64,000 nt of DNA from Candidatus Hadarchaeota archaeon (GTDB lineage Archaea > CAYQAE01 > CAYVLA01): NCBI GenBank assembly GCA_964621445.1, contig CAZUNO010000006.1, positions 22,011-86,010 of the forward strand. The letters are read 5' to 3'. A model generated the notes under the pieces. It did not search any database and was not told the DNA's origin. It saw nothing but the letters and a program-made list of their open reading frames with translations. This document shows positions 1 to 10,252 of this stretch, one piece after another (position 1 is the first letter of the stretch; each line of letters opens with the position of its first letter). The position numbers and the translations under genes were made by a program.

Positions 1-317
1 TGTTCGTTGCTAAACAGCCAGACCTCGATATCCAGGAGTATCATGTAATCATATTCCAGGAGTTCGGGGTGATTTCGAGGAAAATAGATGCGAACAAATC
101 TCCTCAGCTCCCGAAACGACCAGCCCCTGGCCTTGGATCGGGCTGGGATTACCAAGTACTCGCATGACGGATCGATTCTCAACCAACCCGAAACCAGGAT
201 AATTTGGCTCTGGGCACTGGTTATCAGGACATTCGCCGGTTTCGGGTTGGCCGCCTCGGCCATGGGCCCCAGGAAGCCCAATACCAACAGGACCGTTAAT
301 GCCGGAAACTTCAGCAT
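1..317 (-). CDS. Family A surface protein, N-terminal part (runs off window edge; absent from ORF track)
   Basis: Manual translation from ATG 317: MLKFPALTVLLVLGFLGPMAEAANPKPANVLITS...LRRFVRIYFPRNHPELLEYDYMILLD. Signal peptide plus the RxY[FMT]PR..L..YD motif of the seven other paralogs; TATA-like CTTATTA 25 nt upstream. Confidence 0.85.
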   Translation of the reverse strand, partial: MLKFPALTVLLVLGFLGPMAEAANPKPANVLITSAQSQIILVSGWLRIDPSCEYLVIPARSKARGWSFRELRRFVRIYFPRNHPELLEYDYMILLDIEVWLFSNE

Positions 318-361
318 CGAGTACCTAAGGCCGGGCAATGCCTAATAAGCTTGGCCGGGGA

Positions 362-2251
362 TCAGTCCCGATTAGGGACCACGGGTTTTTGCGGGGCATA
401 GCCGGGTCTCTCGATCTCCAGATCCTCGGTCATGGCCAGCAGGTGTGGTATGTCGAACTCCCGGAGCAGTCCAAAGCAGAATAAGGGGACCGAGTCCTCA
501 TAATTCACCGGCATTTCTATCAATCTCTTGAGGGAGTATTGTAGACCATCGAGATGTAGGTGGTGGAGGAGATCCGGCTCCAGGGCCGCAGCGCAGAGGG
601 CTCCCATGGAGGTGGAGGCTCCGGTGGCGGAGAGCCGAATGGTGGAACCCATATCGCGTGAAAAGCTTACCAATGAAAGTATCTGGCCGGTGAGAATTCC
701 CAGCGGTCTTTCGCCCACGGCGGAGACCATCATCTGGTATCCCGGAGGGCAATAGGACTCCCCGGTGCCAAATACATCGGCTGTGATGACGGTTCTGTTC
801 CGTGAGAGATGGTCCTTTGCGGGATTCATCAAGTCTCTTCGACCCTTATCCGAGATTAGAATCTGTATCTCCGCCATCTCCTGGTGGAAGGAGGTTATGG
901 GAATCGACCAATCATCTCCCAGCCGGAGGACTTCCTGGGAAACTGGCCCGTCCTCTTCCAGGATATCCCTTTCAGTCTGGTAGTGCCTTAGTCGTATGAT
1001 CGTTCTTAGCCTGTCCCTGGAATCTCGGATCCATTTCACCCTGTGGGGATCGTCCATATCCGGGATATCGTGTTCAGGCAGGTCCTTTGCAGCCTCCCTG
1101 GCAATGGATAGCAGGGTTTGGTTCTCCCTTGGAATTCCCACCGATAGTTGGGACTGGCTGAGGAGTTCATCCTCGAAAGGTAGATCTGACTCGGGGGTAT
1201 CCAGTTCAAAGTGCCGGTTCAGGAACCTATAGAGGCGGCCTCGATTGTCCGCCTCGTAGTTGTGGGTTCCGGGATCCGTGTTCTCGTAGAAATCGAGGTT
1301 TTGACCCTCACCCAGGAGCTTGAATAGTGGCAGCACCGGTTCGTAGATGCTTTTCCTGGTCCTTTCCGACCTGAAGCAGCAATCATCCATCTTATTGTAT
1401 ATAAGCAGGGTAGGCCTGGGGGCACAAAGAGCGGTCATGGCATCGTAATCCCCAACCGAACAGAAGTCAACTGGATTCTGCTCAAGGTCCCCGATATCCG
1501 GATCGTGTGATGGCCGCTGCCATATCGGGGAGTGTCCGGCAACCGGTATTATTGCCCTCACCCTCTGGTCCAGGGAGCTCAGAACTATGGTCTGCCACCC
1601 TCCTCCCGAGAGACCGGTGACCGCAACTCTCTGGGGATCACAATTTGGATGGGATAGAAGCACGTCGAGTCCCCTCTTCGCTGCCAGGTAGAGGGCCCCA
1701 ACCCCCGCCATCCCACAGAGATCGATGTGTCCGATCCTATAGTGAGGAAGGTTCATGCTCAGTTCGCCCATCCCTATGAATTCGGTGTTTAGTGCCATCA
1801 TTCCCCTCTTGACCAGATTGATGCACCTGGCCTGCTTGTAGTCCATGGCCTTTCCGCCGATATGGTGCCCGTTGGTGTTCATGACCCCCGGCACCTTGTC
1901 CTCTAGGTCATCCGGTTCGTATAGCAGAGCTGGTATCCACATCCCCGGATAACCCTCGTAGATCAGTTTCCGTATCTTGTAGCCATGGGAGGTTTCGATG
2001 GTTTCCTTCCATTCCACCTTTGGTTCCAGTTCGGATAATTCGCCTGGCAGGCCCTTCATGTATACATCGTTCAGGAACCGCTTTCTTAGATTAGCGGACT
2101 CCCCAAGCCATTCTTTCGAGCTAAGGGGGGTCTTGAACCGGTGGGCCCGCTTGGTAATGAACCGGTGGACCTCTGACTTATCCGGCTTCTCGTGATCGCT
2201 TTCGGGAAGCAACCTTTGTTGCAATGACTGCTTGATCTCCTCATCCTTCAT
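362..2251 (-). CDS. Acetylxylan-esterase-like alpha/beta hydrolase with degenerate second hydrolase domain
   Basis: Nucleophile elbow TGLSGGG, IPALLYEP, NGHH, GTHNY. Start moved to ATG 2251 (MKDEE) behind a GAGGTG Shine-Dalgarno, avoiding overlap with the divergent gene. Confidence 0.8.
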   Translation of the reverse strand: MKDEEIKQSLQQRLLPESDHEKPDKSEVHRFITKRAHRFKTPLSSKEWLGESANLRKRFLNDVYMKGLPGELSELEPKVEWKETIETSHGYKIRKLIYEGYPGMWIPALLYEPDDLEDKVPGVMNTNGHHIGGKAMDYKQARCINLVKRGMMALNTEFIGMGELSMNLPHYRIGHIDLCGMAGVGALYLAAKRGLDVLLSHPNCDPQRVAVTGLSGGGWQTIVLSSLDQRVRAIIPVAGHSPIWQRPSHDPDIGDLEQNPVDFCSVGDYDAMTALCAPRPTLLIYNKMDDCCFRSERTRKSIYEPVLPLFKLLGEGQNLDFYENTDPGTHNYEADNRGRLYRFLNRHFELDTPESDLPFEDELLSQSQLSVGIPRENQTLLSIAREAAKDLPEHDIPDMDDPHRVKWIRDSRDRLRTIIRLRHYQTERDILEEDGPVSQEVLRLGDDWSIPITSFHQEMAEIQILISDKGRRDLMNPAKDHLSRNRTVITADVFGTGESYCPPGYQMMVSAVGERPLGILTGQILSLVSFSRDMGSTIRLSATGASTSMGALCAAALEPDLLHHLHLDGLQYSLKRLIEMPVNYEDSVPLFCFGLLREFDIPHLLAMTEDLEIERPGYAPQKPVVPNRD

Positions 2252-2354
2252 CAAAATGACACCTCGTGGGGAGAATATTGGTGGAAAGAAAAGTATTCCC
2301 TTCGTGTGAAGGGTAATTTTTATTCGACCGGCTACCCGAGAAAATTGTTGGTAG

Positions 2355-3572
2355 ATGGATAGCACAGAAGCAATGGCGTTGATCCTTGCTTTTGCCATAT
2401 GGATATCGGCAATAACTACGGTTCAGGGCACGCGAATTAGCCCTAACGGCAGGATTAGGACCATATGCTTTGGGGATATAATCGATCAGACTGGCGGTTA
2501 CAACAGCTATGTGGTCTTTCGTCAGGACCCATCCATTGAAACCACCTTCGTTCCTACTAGACCGGACTATCTCGGCGGCATTGAAAACGCTCTCCGGAAC
2601 ATGAGGGTATACATGCCCAGGACGTATGGAAGCCTGGTCCGATCCTACGACATAGTGGTAAGTAGCGATGCGGACCGGTCGGTGTTTACCACCGAGTGGA
2701 TAGGCTGGATATCGGATTCGGTGAGGGAGGATGGCCTGGGCATTCTGTGGCTAGGAAGCATAGCCCACGAAAGTTTTGTCTCCTGGGAGGGCACAACGGT
2801 TACCGATGTGCTTCCCTGCACACAGGTGGTCACCTCTCTGGGGAAATTCTGGTTGCATGGAAAGACCCTGAGGGTCAGGATATGGCAACCGGAGGAGCCC
2901 TTGATGAAGGCCTTGCCATGGGAGGAATCACCCCCGCTATCCAACCTTAATCTTCAGACCCCGAAATCGGGGAGCGATGTTTGGGCCCGAGTTGACCAGG
3001 GCAATCATCCCCTGATCAGTTTTTGGAACGTGGGGGACGGCGCGGGTCTAAACTTTGCCAGCAAGTTTCCCGGAGGGGTTTCCAGATGGGCCGAGGATTG
3101 GGAGTATTTCCCTCAGGCCATGATGTACCTGGTTTACCGGGTGGCGGAGAAGGACCTCCCGGACGACCCACATCTCTTCAGAGCGGCCATAACCGGGTTC
3201 ATTGAATTCGAGCAGTTCAACTCAATATTGGTCTCGCTAATTTCCTGGGTGGAGAAATTCGGGGGAAGCACGGTCAGGCTTTCGCAGATGGTTGAGGATT
3301 TGGAGGCCGCCCGGATGGATGCCTATAGCCATTACCTGGAGGGAGACATGCAGGCAACCATCGAATCCCTTCGCGAAACAAGGGAACGCCAAATTGAGAT
3401 CCGGGGGGAAGCGGTGAAGGCAAAGGACAGGGCCTTGCTATGGATCTATGTAATCGAGTGGTTCATACTTATGCCAACTCTGATGATATCCGGTTTTGTT
3501 CTCTGGACGCTCATGGTAGAGAAGAGGCTATACAGGGAGGTAGGCCTGTCCAGGTTTTCGCCCGGTGAATAG
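2355..3572 (+). CDS. Family A single-pass surface protein
   Basis: Signal peptide; RVYMPRTYGSLVRSYD; VEKFGGST; tail ALLWIYVIEW...GFVLWTLMVEKRLYREV. Confidence 0.85.
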   Translation: MDSTEAMALILAFAIWISAITTVQGTRISPNGRIRTICFGDIIDQTGGYNSYVVFRQDPSIETTFVPTRPDYLGGIENALRNMRVYMPRTYGSLVRSYDIVVSSDADRSVFTTEWIGWISDSVREDGLGILWLGSIAHESFVSWEGTTVTDVLPCTQVVTSLGKFWLHGKTLRVRIWQPEEPLMKALPWEESPPLSNLNLQTPKSGSDVWARVDQGNHPLISFWNVGDGAGLNFASKFPGGVSRWAEDWEYFPQAMMYLVYRVAEKDLPDDPHLFRAAITGFIEFEQFNSILVSLISWVEKFGGSTVRLSQMVEDLEAARMDAYSHYLEGDMQATIESLRETRERQIEIRGEAVKAKDRALLWIYVIEWFILMPTLMISGFVLWTLMVEKRLYREVGLSRFSPGE

Positions 3573-3867
3573 GCTAGAGAGTCGGTCGGTTTCCACATAT
3601 CTATTCAGGAAATCTCAAAACTCGACGAGCTGAGCACCTTGGTCTATGATTAATCCCTTGAGCATTCTCGGGAACATCCCTCAGAAGCATGATGTGAAGG
3701 CAGCGAATATCCTTTTCCCGGCCCTAAATCCCAATCAACCCTTTCGAGATGGCCAACCCAGGGCCCGGTAAGCCCTTGCTACACCCACTCAGGAAGGGGG
3801 TTTATGATTAGACTGATGTCAGCGGACCACAAGAGATATGAGATGTTGATCCTCTCCCCACCAACGG

Positions 3868-5721
3868 ATGGGACCCCAGGATGAAGAGGCGGGCGTGGTC
3901 GATTATTCAAACAGCCCTTATGGTGGGATGGCCGGATTGCCACTTCACAAGGTCGACCTGAAGAAGGGTTTCTGGCAGGAACGCGTGGAGGCCGGAAGGA
4001 GAAATGGAATCCCCGGTTACCTCCGGTCCCTGGAGGAACATGGGGTATTGGACAACTTCCGTAGATTATCGGGGAGGGAGGGTGTTGAGAGAAGTGGTCC
4101 CGTCCACATGGATTCCGACCTTTACAAGTGGGTGGAGGCCGCTTCATACAGCCTCAGCACCACCCCCGATAAAAAACTGGAGTCGGAGCTTGAGACCGTA
4201 ATTGACGTCATAAGGTCCGCCCAGGACGAGGACGGGTACCTAAACACCTACTTCGTGGAAGAGAGGGCGGACGACCGTTTCTCTAATCTCAAGGACGACC
4301 ATGAGCTGTACTGTGCCGGACATCTAATACAGGCAGCGGTGGCCCACTATAGATCCACAGGAGAGCGGAAGCTTCTCGAATGTGCCCTTGAATTCGCCGA
4401 TTACCTAGCATCGGTATTCGGCCCCGGGAAACGACGGGGGTTCAGTGGACACCCGGAATTGGAGATGGCCCTCGTCGAGCTCTATCGCACCTCCGGGGAC
4501 GGGAAGTACCTGGACCTCGCCGACTATCTCCTGGACCAATTGGGTTTTTCCCAAAGACGCGAGATGAAGGGCCATGCGGTGAGGGCCTGCTATGCCTGTT
4601 GCGGGGGAGCTGATCTCTATGCCGAGACCGGTCAGGAAGGGATGAGAAGGGCACTGGAATCTCTTTGGAGCGACATGTCAAGTAGAAAGGTGTATGTCAC
4701 CGGGGGAGTTGGTGCCAGGCATGCCGGGGAGAGCTTCGGCCAGGCATATGAACTTCCCAACCTGAGAGCTTACTCGGAGACCTGCGCCGCGATCTCGAAT
4801 GCAATGTGGGACTGGAGAATGTTGCTCCTTACCGGGGAGTGCAGGTATGCGGATATGATGGAAAGGGTGCTATACAATGGATTCTTGTCAGGGGTTTCAC
4901 TGTCGGGGGATCGCTATTTCTACGTGAACCCCCTGGAGAGCTCCAGTGATCCCGAGATGGGTAACTGGGGCCATGAAAGAAGGGAATGGTTTAGCACTCC
5001 CTGTTGCCTTGGAAACGTTCAGCGAATGTTGGCCTCCCTGCCCGGGTATATCTACGGGCGGGAGGACCAAGCCTTGTGGATCAACCTGTATCAGAGCTCG
5101 GATCTGGAAACCAGGATAGGAACCAGTAGGGTTAACCTGGTTCAGCGGACCGATTATCCCTGGTCGGGGAAGGTCAGGATAAAGGTCGAGTGTGATCCAG
5201 GGAGGGATTTCTCCCTCATGGTGCGGATACCATCCTGGAGCCAGGAGACAAGGGTAACCCTGGAAAATGAGGAGCTGAATGCCCGACCGGGAACCTACCT
5301 GGAGATTGAACGGGAGTGGAATGGCGCTGAGCTTGTACTGGAACTCGATATGCAGGCTCGGTTGCTTGGCTCTCACCCCATGGTGAGGGAGGATTTCGGG
5401 TCGGTGGCCATCAGCAGGGGTCCCTTGGTCTATTGTCTGGAGAGCATTGACAACCCGGGAATCGATGTCAGGAGGGTCATGGTTGGCCCGGATGTTGAGC
5501 TTGATTATGAGTTCAAGCCCGATGTCCTGGGAGGCATCGGCACCGTGGCCTTTGAAGGACTAGAGATTCTGGATGCGGGGGATCTGTATGCGAGCAGAGG
5601 TGAAAGGGCCCCGAAGCTGCGTGAATGCCGGGTCCAGGCCATTCCATACTATGCATGGGCGAATAGGGGGAGATCCTCTATGCTGGTTTGGGTGCCGGTA
5701 TGTCCATCAAGGTGGATTTAA
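3868..5721 (+). CDS. Glycoside hydrolase family 127 (beta-L-arabinofuranosidase-like)
   Basis: DSDLYKWVEAA, HELYCAGHLIQA, GHAVRA, YSETCAAI, PCC, IPYYAWANRG are GH127/HypBA1 motifs. No signal peptide. Confidence 0.93.
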   Translation: MGPQDEEAGVVDYSNSPYGGMAGLPLHKVDLKKGFWQERVEAGRRNGIPGYLRSLEEHGVLDNFRRLSGREGVERSGPVHMDSDLYKWVEAASYSLSTTPDKKLESELETVIDVIRSAQDEDGYLNTYFVEERADDRFSNLKDDHELYCAGHLIQAAVAHYRSTGERKLLECALEFADYLASVFGPGKRRGFSGHPELEMALVELYRTSGDGKYLDLADYLLDQLGFSQRREMKGHAVRACYACCGGADLYAETGQEGMRRALESLWSDMSSRKVYVTGGVGARHAGESFGQAYELPNLRAYSETCAAISNAMWDWRMLLLTGECRYADMMERVLYNGFLSGVSLSGDRYFYVNPLESSSDPEMGNWGHERREWFSTPCCLGNVQRMLASLPGYIYGREDQALWINLYQSSDLETRIGTSRVNLVQRTDYPWSGKVRIKVECDPGRDFSLMVRIPSWSQETRVTLENEELNARPGTYLEIEREWNGAELVLELDMQARLLGSHPMVREDFGSVAISRGPLVYCLESIDNPGIDVRRVMVGPDVELDYEFKPDVLGGIGTVAFEGLEILDAGDLYASRGERAPKLRECRVQAIPYYAWANRGRSSMLVWVPVCPSRWI

Positions 5722-5766
5722 TTGCAGTCGGGAGATAGGCAATGGGAAGGCCAGGTCCTTACCTTT

Positions 5767-5772
5767 TTTATA
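5767..5772 (+). promoter_or_regulatory. TATA box, probable leaderless promoter
   Basis: TTTATA ending 22 nt before TTG 5795. Confidence 0.55.
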
Positions 5773-5794
5773 GGTAGGAATAGGATTCAATATA

Positions 5795-7031
5795 TTGAAG
5801 CTTGCTATAATTCTTGCATGCGCGGTAGTTCTCCTAATCCTTACACCCATCTATGGGGAGAACGGTGAGCGGGCTCTGGACTTCTTTCTACTGGGTGATG
5901 TATCGGGGTGGCCCAACCATCTTGGTGATGATGAGCCGGCAGTGGAGCTGACTCTAGTACCCTGCCGGGCATTCGGCCAGGATATCTCGGACGAGTTCCT
6001 GTTCAGGTGGAGCAGGATATATTTTCCCCGGGGGAAGAGCCAACTGCTTGAATATGACGTTTTGTTCCTTGCCCGTCCCAGGTTGAATTTCTTCACCATA
6101 AATCAGCAGGAAATGATGGTCGATTTTATCGGTACGGGCGGGCGGGTTTCAATTGCTTACCCCTTGAGCCATTACAGGGAGGTACAGGAGCCCTGGATGA
6201 ACAGCCCCATATCGGATACCATGCCCATAGATTTCGATCGTTTCGTGATCGCGGTTCGCGAGGGGCTAGGACAGTGGGGGAGCCGGGGAAAGGGTTTTGC
6301 GGAGTTGGAGTTGGTTTCCGGAATGCCCCCGATCTTCAGCCCCTTTGGGAAAACCGAGGCCTTTTCGGGCCATATATACGAGCAGTTCAGGCCTGCATAT
6401 GCCAAACAGGGAGCCAGCGTTTGGATTCGGGCGGTCAACGGTCCCCCGTTGGAGCCAACTGTCCCGGCTTTCATTTCCTGGGAGTATGGGAAACCAAACC
6501 TGGGGATTTGGGATACAGCCTGGAATTGGCAGGAATCACTGGCAAGTAGCGGGAGAATGGTGGGAATTGATGTTCCTAAACCTCTGCTATCACACAAAGG
6601 GCATGGAGACCATGAATTATGACGATGCGCTGATGAAAATCAGCGTCAAGTCGTCCTTCTCGGATTACAGAAATTCCCTTTCAATGTTTCATAATATTGT
6701 GGACTTCGTTTCTCGGGTGGGAGCAAACACTGCGTCGGCTGACGATGTTATCCTGGAGGGTCAGGAGCGGTATCACCAGGCCGAGAATTTCTATCTGGAC
6801 GGGAATTACGACCAGGCTGACGCCAAGATGGCCGATGCCTTGATGGTTATCTCCGAGGCAATGGATAGGGCCACCAGGGCCAAGGACCGGGCCCTGACCT
6901 GGATCTATATATCGGAGTGGATGGCAACCATGGGCGTGGCCTTGTTTTCAGGTATCGTGCTCTGGTGGCTGATGGTCAGGAGGAGATTGTATCATGAGAT
7001 ACCGACCACGGAGCTGGATAGGTCCGGGTGA
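5795..7031 (+). pseudogene. Family A surface protein split by a frameshift near 6488-6500 (pseudogene or sequencing error)
   Basis: ORF 5795.. has the signal peptide, RIYFPRGKSQLLEYD and AFISWEYG. ORF 6297..7031 continues NQTWGFG...VSRVGANT...ALTWIYISEW...LMVRRRLY. Joined, they give a normal family length of about 410 aa. Confidence 0.8.
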
Positions 7032-7111
7032 GAAGAACGGAGAACAATATATTCAATAATGGCTCACTTTTTTCATCATCGATGCCTGCGAGTTTGTTCC
7101 CTGAAATCGTC

Positions 7112-8359
7112 ATGAAGGCTACCGGCAAGATCCTGGGAGCACAAAATCTTGTCCTGATCATGATTCTCATGCTGGCATTCCCAAGTGCGGAGGCCCAGGA
7201 AACTGAAAACAACTTCATTCTGATAGGTCAGGTTTTTCCCCATGAGTGCCCGGTCCCCGGATGGCTCGAGAAACAGCCGGGATTTGAGTTCATATTGATA
7301 CCGACTGATACCGATAAGCTGGCCCTCGATCAGGAGGCCGCCAAGAGATATGTGAGGCAATACTTCCCAAGGACCAAAACCGATCTATTTGCCGTGTATG
7401 ACTTCGTGGTCATGCCCGATACAAACATCCATCCATTCACCACCACCCAGATAGCCTGGATGGAGGAGGGATTCAGGGAGCACGAGATCGGGGCCTTTGT
7501 GACCGTGGGGGCCGATGTGTCGGGTTCCTACGAAAATGACTGGTTGGATTCCCCGCTTCATGATGTTCTTCCCATAAACCTAAAGGACCAGTACCGCGTT
7601 GGCTCCTACTTCACGATCAGGATAAAGAAGGAGGAGCCACCGGTTCTATCCATGTTTCGCGATAAGGATATAGAGAGCTATGAGGGTAGTTGCCCCTGTT
7701 CCCGAAGTTTTCCCAGGCCGGGAGCGACGACCTGGGCCGAAGCGTCCTACACGGGAACCGGCCTTGTTTACCCCTGGTTGGTTTCCTGGAAATTGGGAAC
7801 GGAAGGGGGTCACATATGGACCGCGGCAGACGACCTGGATCATCAGTGGTGGTGGCCTGGTGGGGTTAGAGTTCAGTCCACGAATCCCTACGCGGGGGAT
7901 GTTTTCATGAATATCGTGTTCTACTCCCTGGGCCGCCCTCTTCCCGAGGATATCTCCCTGATACACATGATCCGCGACCGGTTCGACGTCTATAAGACCG
8001 ATAAGCAGCTTATCATCGGGGTGATAAACTGGGCCGACAAGCTGGGTGCCAATACCGATAAGGCCGAGTCCGCACTCGCCAGGGTGGAGGAGATTCACCA
8101 GGACGCGATTCATAAGTACTCTCAGGGCCAGTACGAGGAGTCGCTTGATGCTCTCGACTCGGCTATGGAGGAGGCCAAGAAGGCACTGGAGGTTGCCTAC
8201 GAGACGAAGAGGAATGCCATGTTCTATATCTACCTCGTTGAGTGGCTGGCAACCACGGGCGCCCTTCTTCTCAGCGGGTCCGTGCTGTACACCTTGATGG
8301 TGAGAAGACGGCTCTACCGTTCTATAGAGACCACAAGACTAGCGAGGCAGGAGGAATAG
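7112..8359 (+). CDS. Family A single-pass surface protein
   Basis: Start moved to ATG 7112 (MKATGK..., signal peptide); RQYFPRT; ADKLGANT; YIYLVEW...GSVLYTLMVRRRLY. Confidence 0.85.
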   Translation: MKATGKILGAQNLVLIMILMLAFPSAEAQETENNFILIGQVFPHECPVPGWLEKQPGFEFILIPTDTDKLALDQEAAKRYVRQYFPRTKTDLFAVYDFVVMPDTNIHPFTTTQIAWMEEGFREHEIGAFVTVGADVSGSYENDWLDSPLHDVLPINLKDQYRVGSYFTIRIKKEEPPVLSMFRDKDIESYEGSCPCSRSFPRPGATTWAEASYTGTGLVYPWLVSWKLGTEGGHIWTAADDLDHQWWWPGGVRVQSTNPYAGDVFMNIVFYSLGRPLPEDISLIHMIRDRFDVYKTDKQLIIGVINWADKLGANTDKAESALARVEEIHQDAIHKYSQGQYEESLDALDSAMEEAKKALEVAYETKRNAMFYIYLVEWLATTGALLLSGSVLYTLMVRRRLYRSIETTRLARQEE

Positions 8360-8362
8360 AGG

Positions 8363-9217
8363 ATGGAGGGGAGCAAGCTCCGCAGTTACCTGGCTATCTT
8401 TCTGATAGTAATCGTGATATCTACATCGCTGACCGCAGTCGCCTGGATTTGGAGGGAGGGGGGAATCCGTAAGCTGTCATTGAGCGGGCCAGATTACATA
8501 TTCCAAGCGGCTCAAGGGACGGCCACCTTATCCCTAACCGTCTCACCCCAGAGCAAGCTCGATGTGCTGGAGTTCCGGTTCCGGTCCCTGGTGGAAAGGG
8601 ACATGTCGGAGCTCAACCTAAACGTCTCGATGGTGCGGGACTTGGAGGACCTAAGATACGCCTGGGCCTCGGTGGAGGATCGCCTGAAATATTTTGATCT
8701 CATCGAGGCAGGGGATTACGTCTCGGTCCACAATGTTTCAATCACAAATGAGGAGGACCTGAGGATGGTTCTTTTCGACTTCGGGAAGTTGTACTCCTGT
8801 CTTTACGATTCAAGGCATGACAATGAGTCCCTGACCTCCTATGCATTCCTGCTTAACTCGACCAACCACATAGTTGGTTGCTTCGAGGGGTATTCGGATT
8901 TCGTGGCCGTGAGGAAGAAGAGAGGGGTCCTGCTGACCAGGAATGACGTCCTGAGGCTAGTCCGCGTCCAATCGGGGGAAGAGGTGGAGGAGTACTACGG
9001 AGATGCTGATGCGGAACCCTCCACTGAGGACCTTTCCCCTTGGGGACAGATAGCCTTTGAACAGGTGGAGACCGATGAACCGTACGGGGTGACCTTGATC
9101 ATCAAGGAGGGAAAGCTATCCACGGGAAGGTTGATTCTTTGTGCGGAGACCTTTGGGGATGGTAGATGGTATCCGGAGTGCTCCGGGTACTGGCTGGTTA
9201 AAACGGAGTTGGACTAG
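8363..9217 (+). CDS. Family B membrane-anchored protein (N-terminal TM), paralog of 55132..55977
   Basis: N-terminal hydrophobic helix; blocks TLSL..., YAFLL...EGYSDF and GQIAFEQV are shared with the paralog. Confidence 0.8.
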   Translation: MEGSKLRSYLAIFLIVIVISTSLTAVAWIWREGGIRKLSLSGPDYIFQAAQGTATLSLTVSPQSKLDVLEFRFRSLVERDMSELNLNVSMVRDLEDLRYAWASVEDRLKYFDLIEAGDYVSVHNVSITNEEDLRMVLFDFGKLYSCLYDSRHDNESLTSYAFLLNSTNHIVGCFEGYSDFVAVRKKRGVLLTRNDVLRLVRVQSGEEVEEYYGDADAEPSTEDLSPWGQIAFEQVETDEPYGVTLIIKEGKLSTGRLILCAETFGDGRWYPECSGYWLVKTELD

Positions 9218-10252
9218 ATGCGTAGGCTCATTATACTGATGGCGATCATTCTCCTGTTTCCGGTGGTTCACTCCGGCTCCGATCCTCTCGTGCTCGTCGG
9301 GTGTTTTGACGGTCAGAGATACCCTCCCATGTTCTGCCCCAATTACACGGGGGAGATAGCTGAGATATCGAGAGAGGCCATAAACGCCGAGCACGGCGAT
9401 GGAATTCAGGTGATGGAGGTGGGCGACTGGTTCTTTCTTCTGGACTCCCTCAACCAGCCCAACGTGATAGGAGCCGTAATCTCGGCCCGGGAGGGTCGCT
9501 ACAATCTTTCGGATCTTAAGCAAGAGGAGCTGATCGAATCATTCAAGGAAGGTCTGGGTTTGGTGGGGTTACATGCTGTTGGTCACTACACCTTCACGGA
9601 GAGAGTTGCCGAAGAGGTCTTTCCCCTAAACGGAACCAAGATCGGCACCGGTGTAATCCACCGAAATGATGTGATTACATCCAGGCATACCCATTCGAAA
9701 TATACCGAGCATCCGGTAAATGAGGGTTCGCCTGATGAGATGGAGATACCCGATTCTGGCCTGGTGTACCATGACCCGGTTCCCGACCAGGGGTGGTGGC
9801 TTCCTGACTCGGGGGAGGTAACAGTTCTCTACACCGCAACCACGGTGAGGGGAGAGGACCAGTTACCATCGATAATTGCCTATCAACATGGATCCGGGAG
9901 GTCGGTCACCTTTGGGGGACTTCGTCATATTGATGCACCAGGCCGCTACAGGCGGGACCCCGGATGGTACAACCACTCGTTAGCCATTCCCGAGGTCAGG
10001 AATCTCATTGCTAGTTCCTTGGTTTACGTGCTGGAACCATTTGCCACTGAGGATGCCCTCCAGGATCAAAGGGATGAAACCGAGCAGTATCTGGAGGAAA
10101 AGCTGGGTGATCTTGAGAGTCAGATTCAAAGAGGGCAGGAGGCGGTTAGAAGACGTGAACGTCAGGTTCTGATGCTGACCGTGGCAATAGCACTGGGTGC
10201 GGTTGTTGCTGTCGCTATCCTAGCCTACTTCGGATTTGTTAAGGGGAGTTAA
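9218..10252 (+). CDS. Family C surface protein: ThuA/class I GATase-like domain, coiled coil, C-terminal TM
   Basis: Signal peptide; GLGLVGLHA and YQHGSGRSVTFGG resemble ThuA-like motifs; C-terminal TM; paralog of 54019..54996. Confidence 0.78.
   Translation: MRRLIILMAIILLFPVVHSGSDPLVLVGCFDGQRYPPMFCPNYTGEIAEISREAINAEHGDGIQVMEVGDWFFLLDSLNQPNVIGAVISAREGRYNLSDLKQEELIESFKEGLGLVGLHAVGHYTFTERVAEEVFPLNGTKIGTGVIHRNDVITSRHTHSKYTEHPVNEGSPDEMEIPDSGLVYHDPVPDQGWWLPDSGEVTVLYTATTVRGEDQLPSIIAYQHGSGRSVTFGGLRHIDAPGRYRRDPGWYNHSLAIPEVRNLIASSLVYVLEPFATEDALQDQRDETEQYLEEKLGDLESQIQRGQEAVRRRERQVLMLTVAIALGAVVAVAILAYFGFVKGS

Noticed and set aside
88-345. 85-aa plus-strand ORF
   Set aside because: It is the antisense shadow of the family A gene at 1-317(-).
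2252-2398. N-terminal extension of the esterase ORF (likewise 7028-7111, 14776-14865 and 32078-32203 in other genes)
   Set aside because: These extensions overlap neighbours or promoters; downstream ATGs fit the family N-termini better.
3573-3867. 295-nt intergenic gap, possible C/D-box sRNA or gene remnant
   Set aside because: No convincing paired C and D boxes and no credible ORF.
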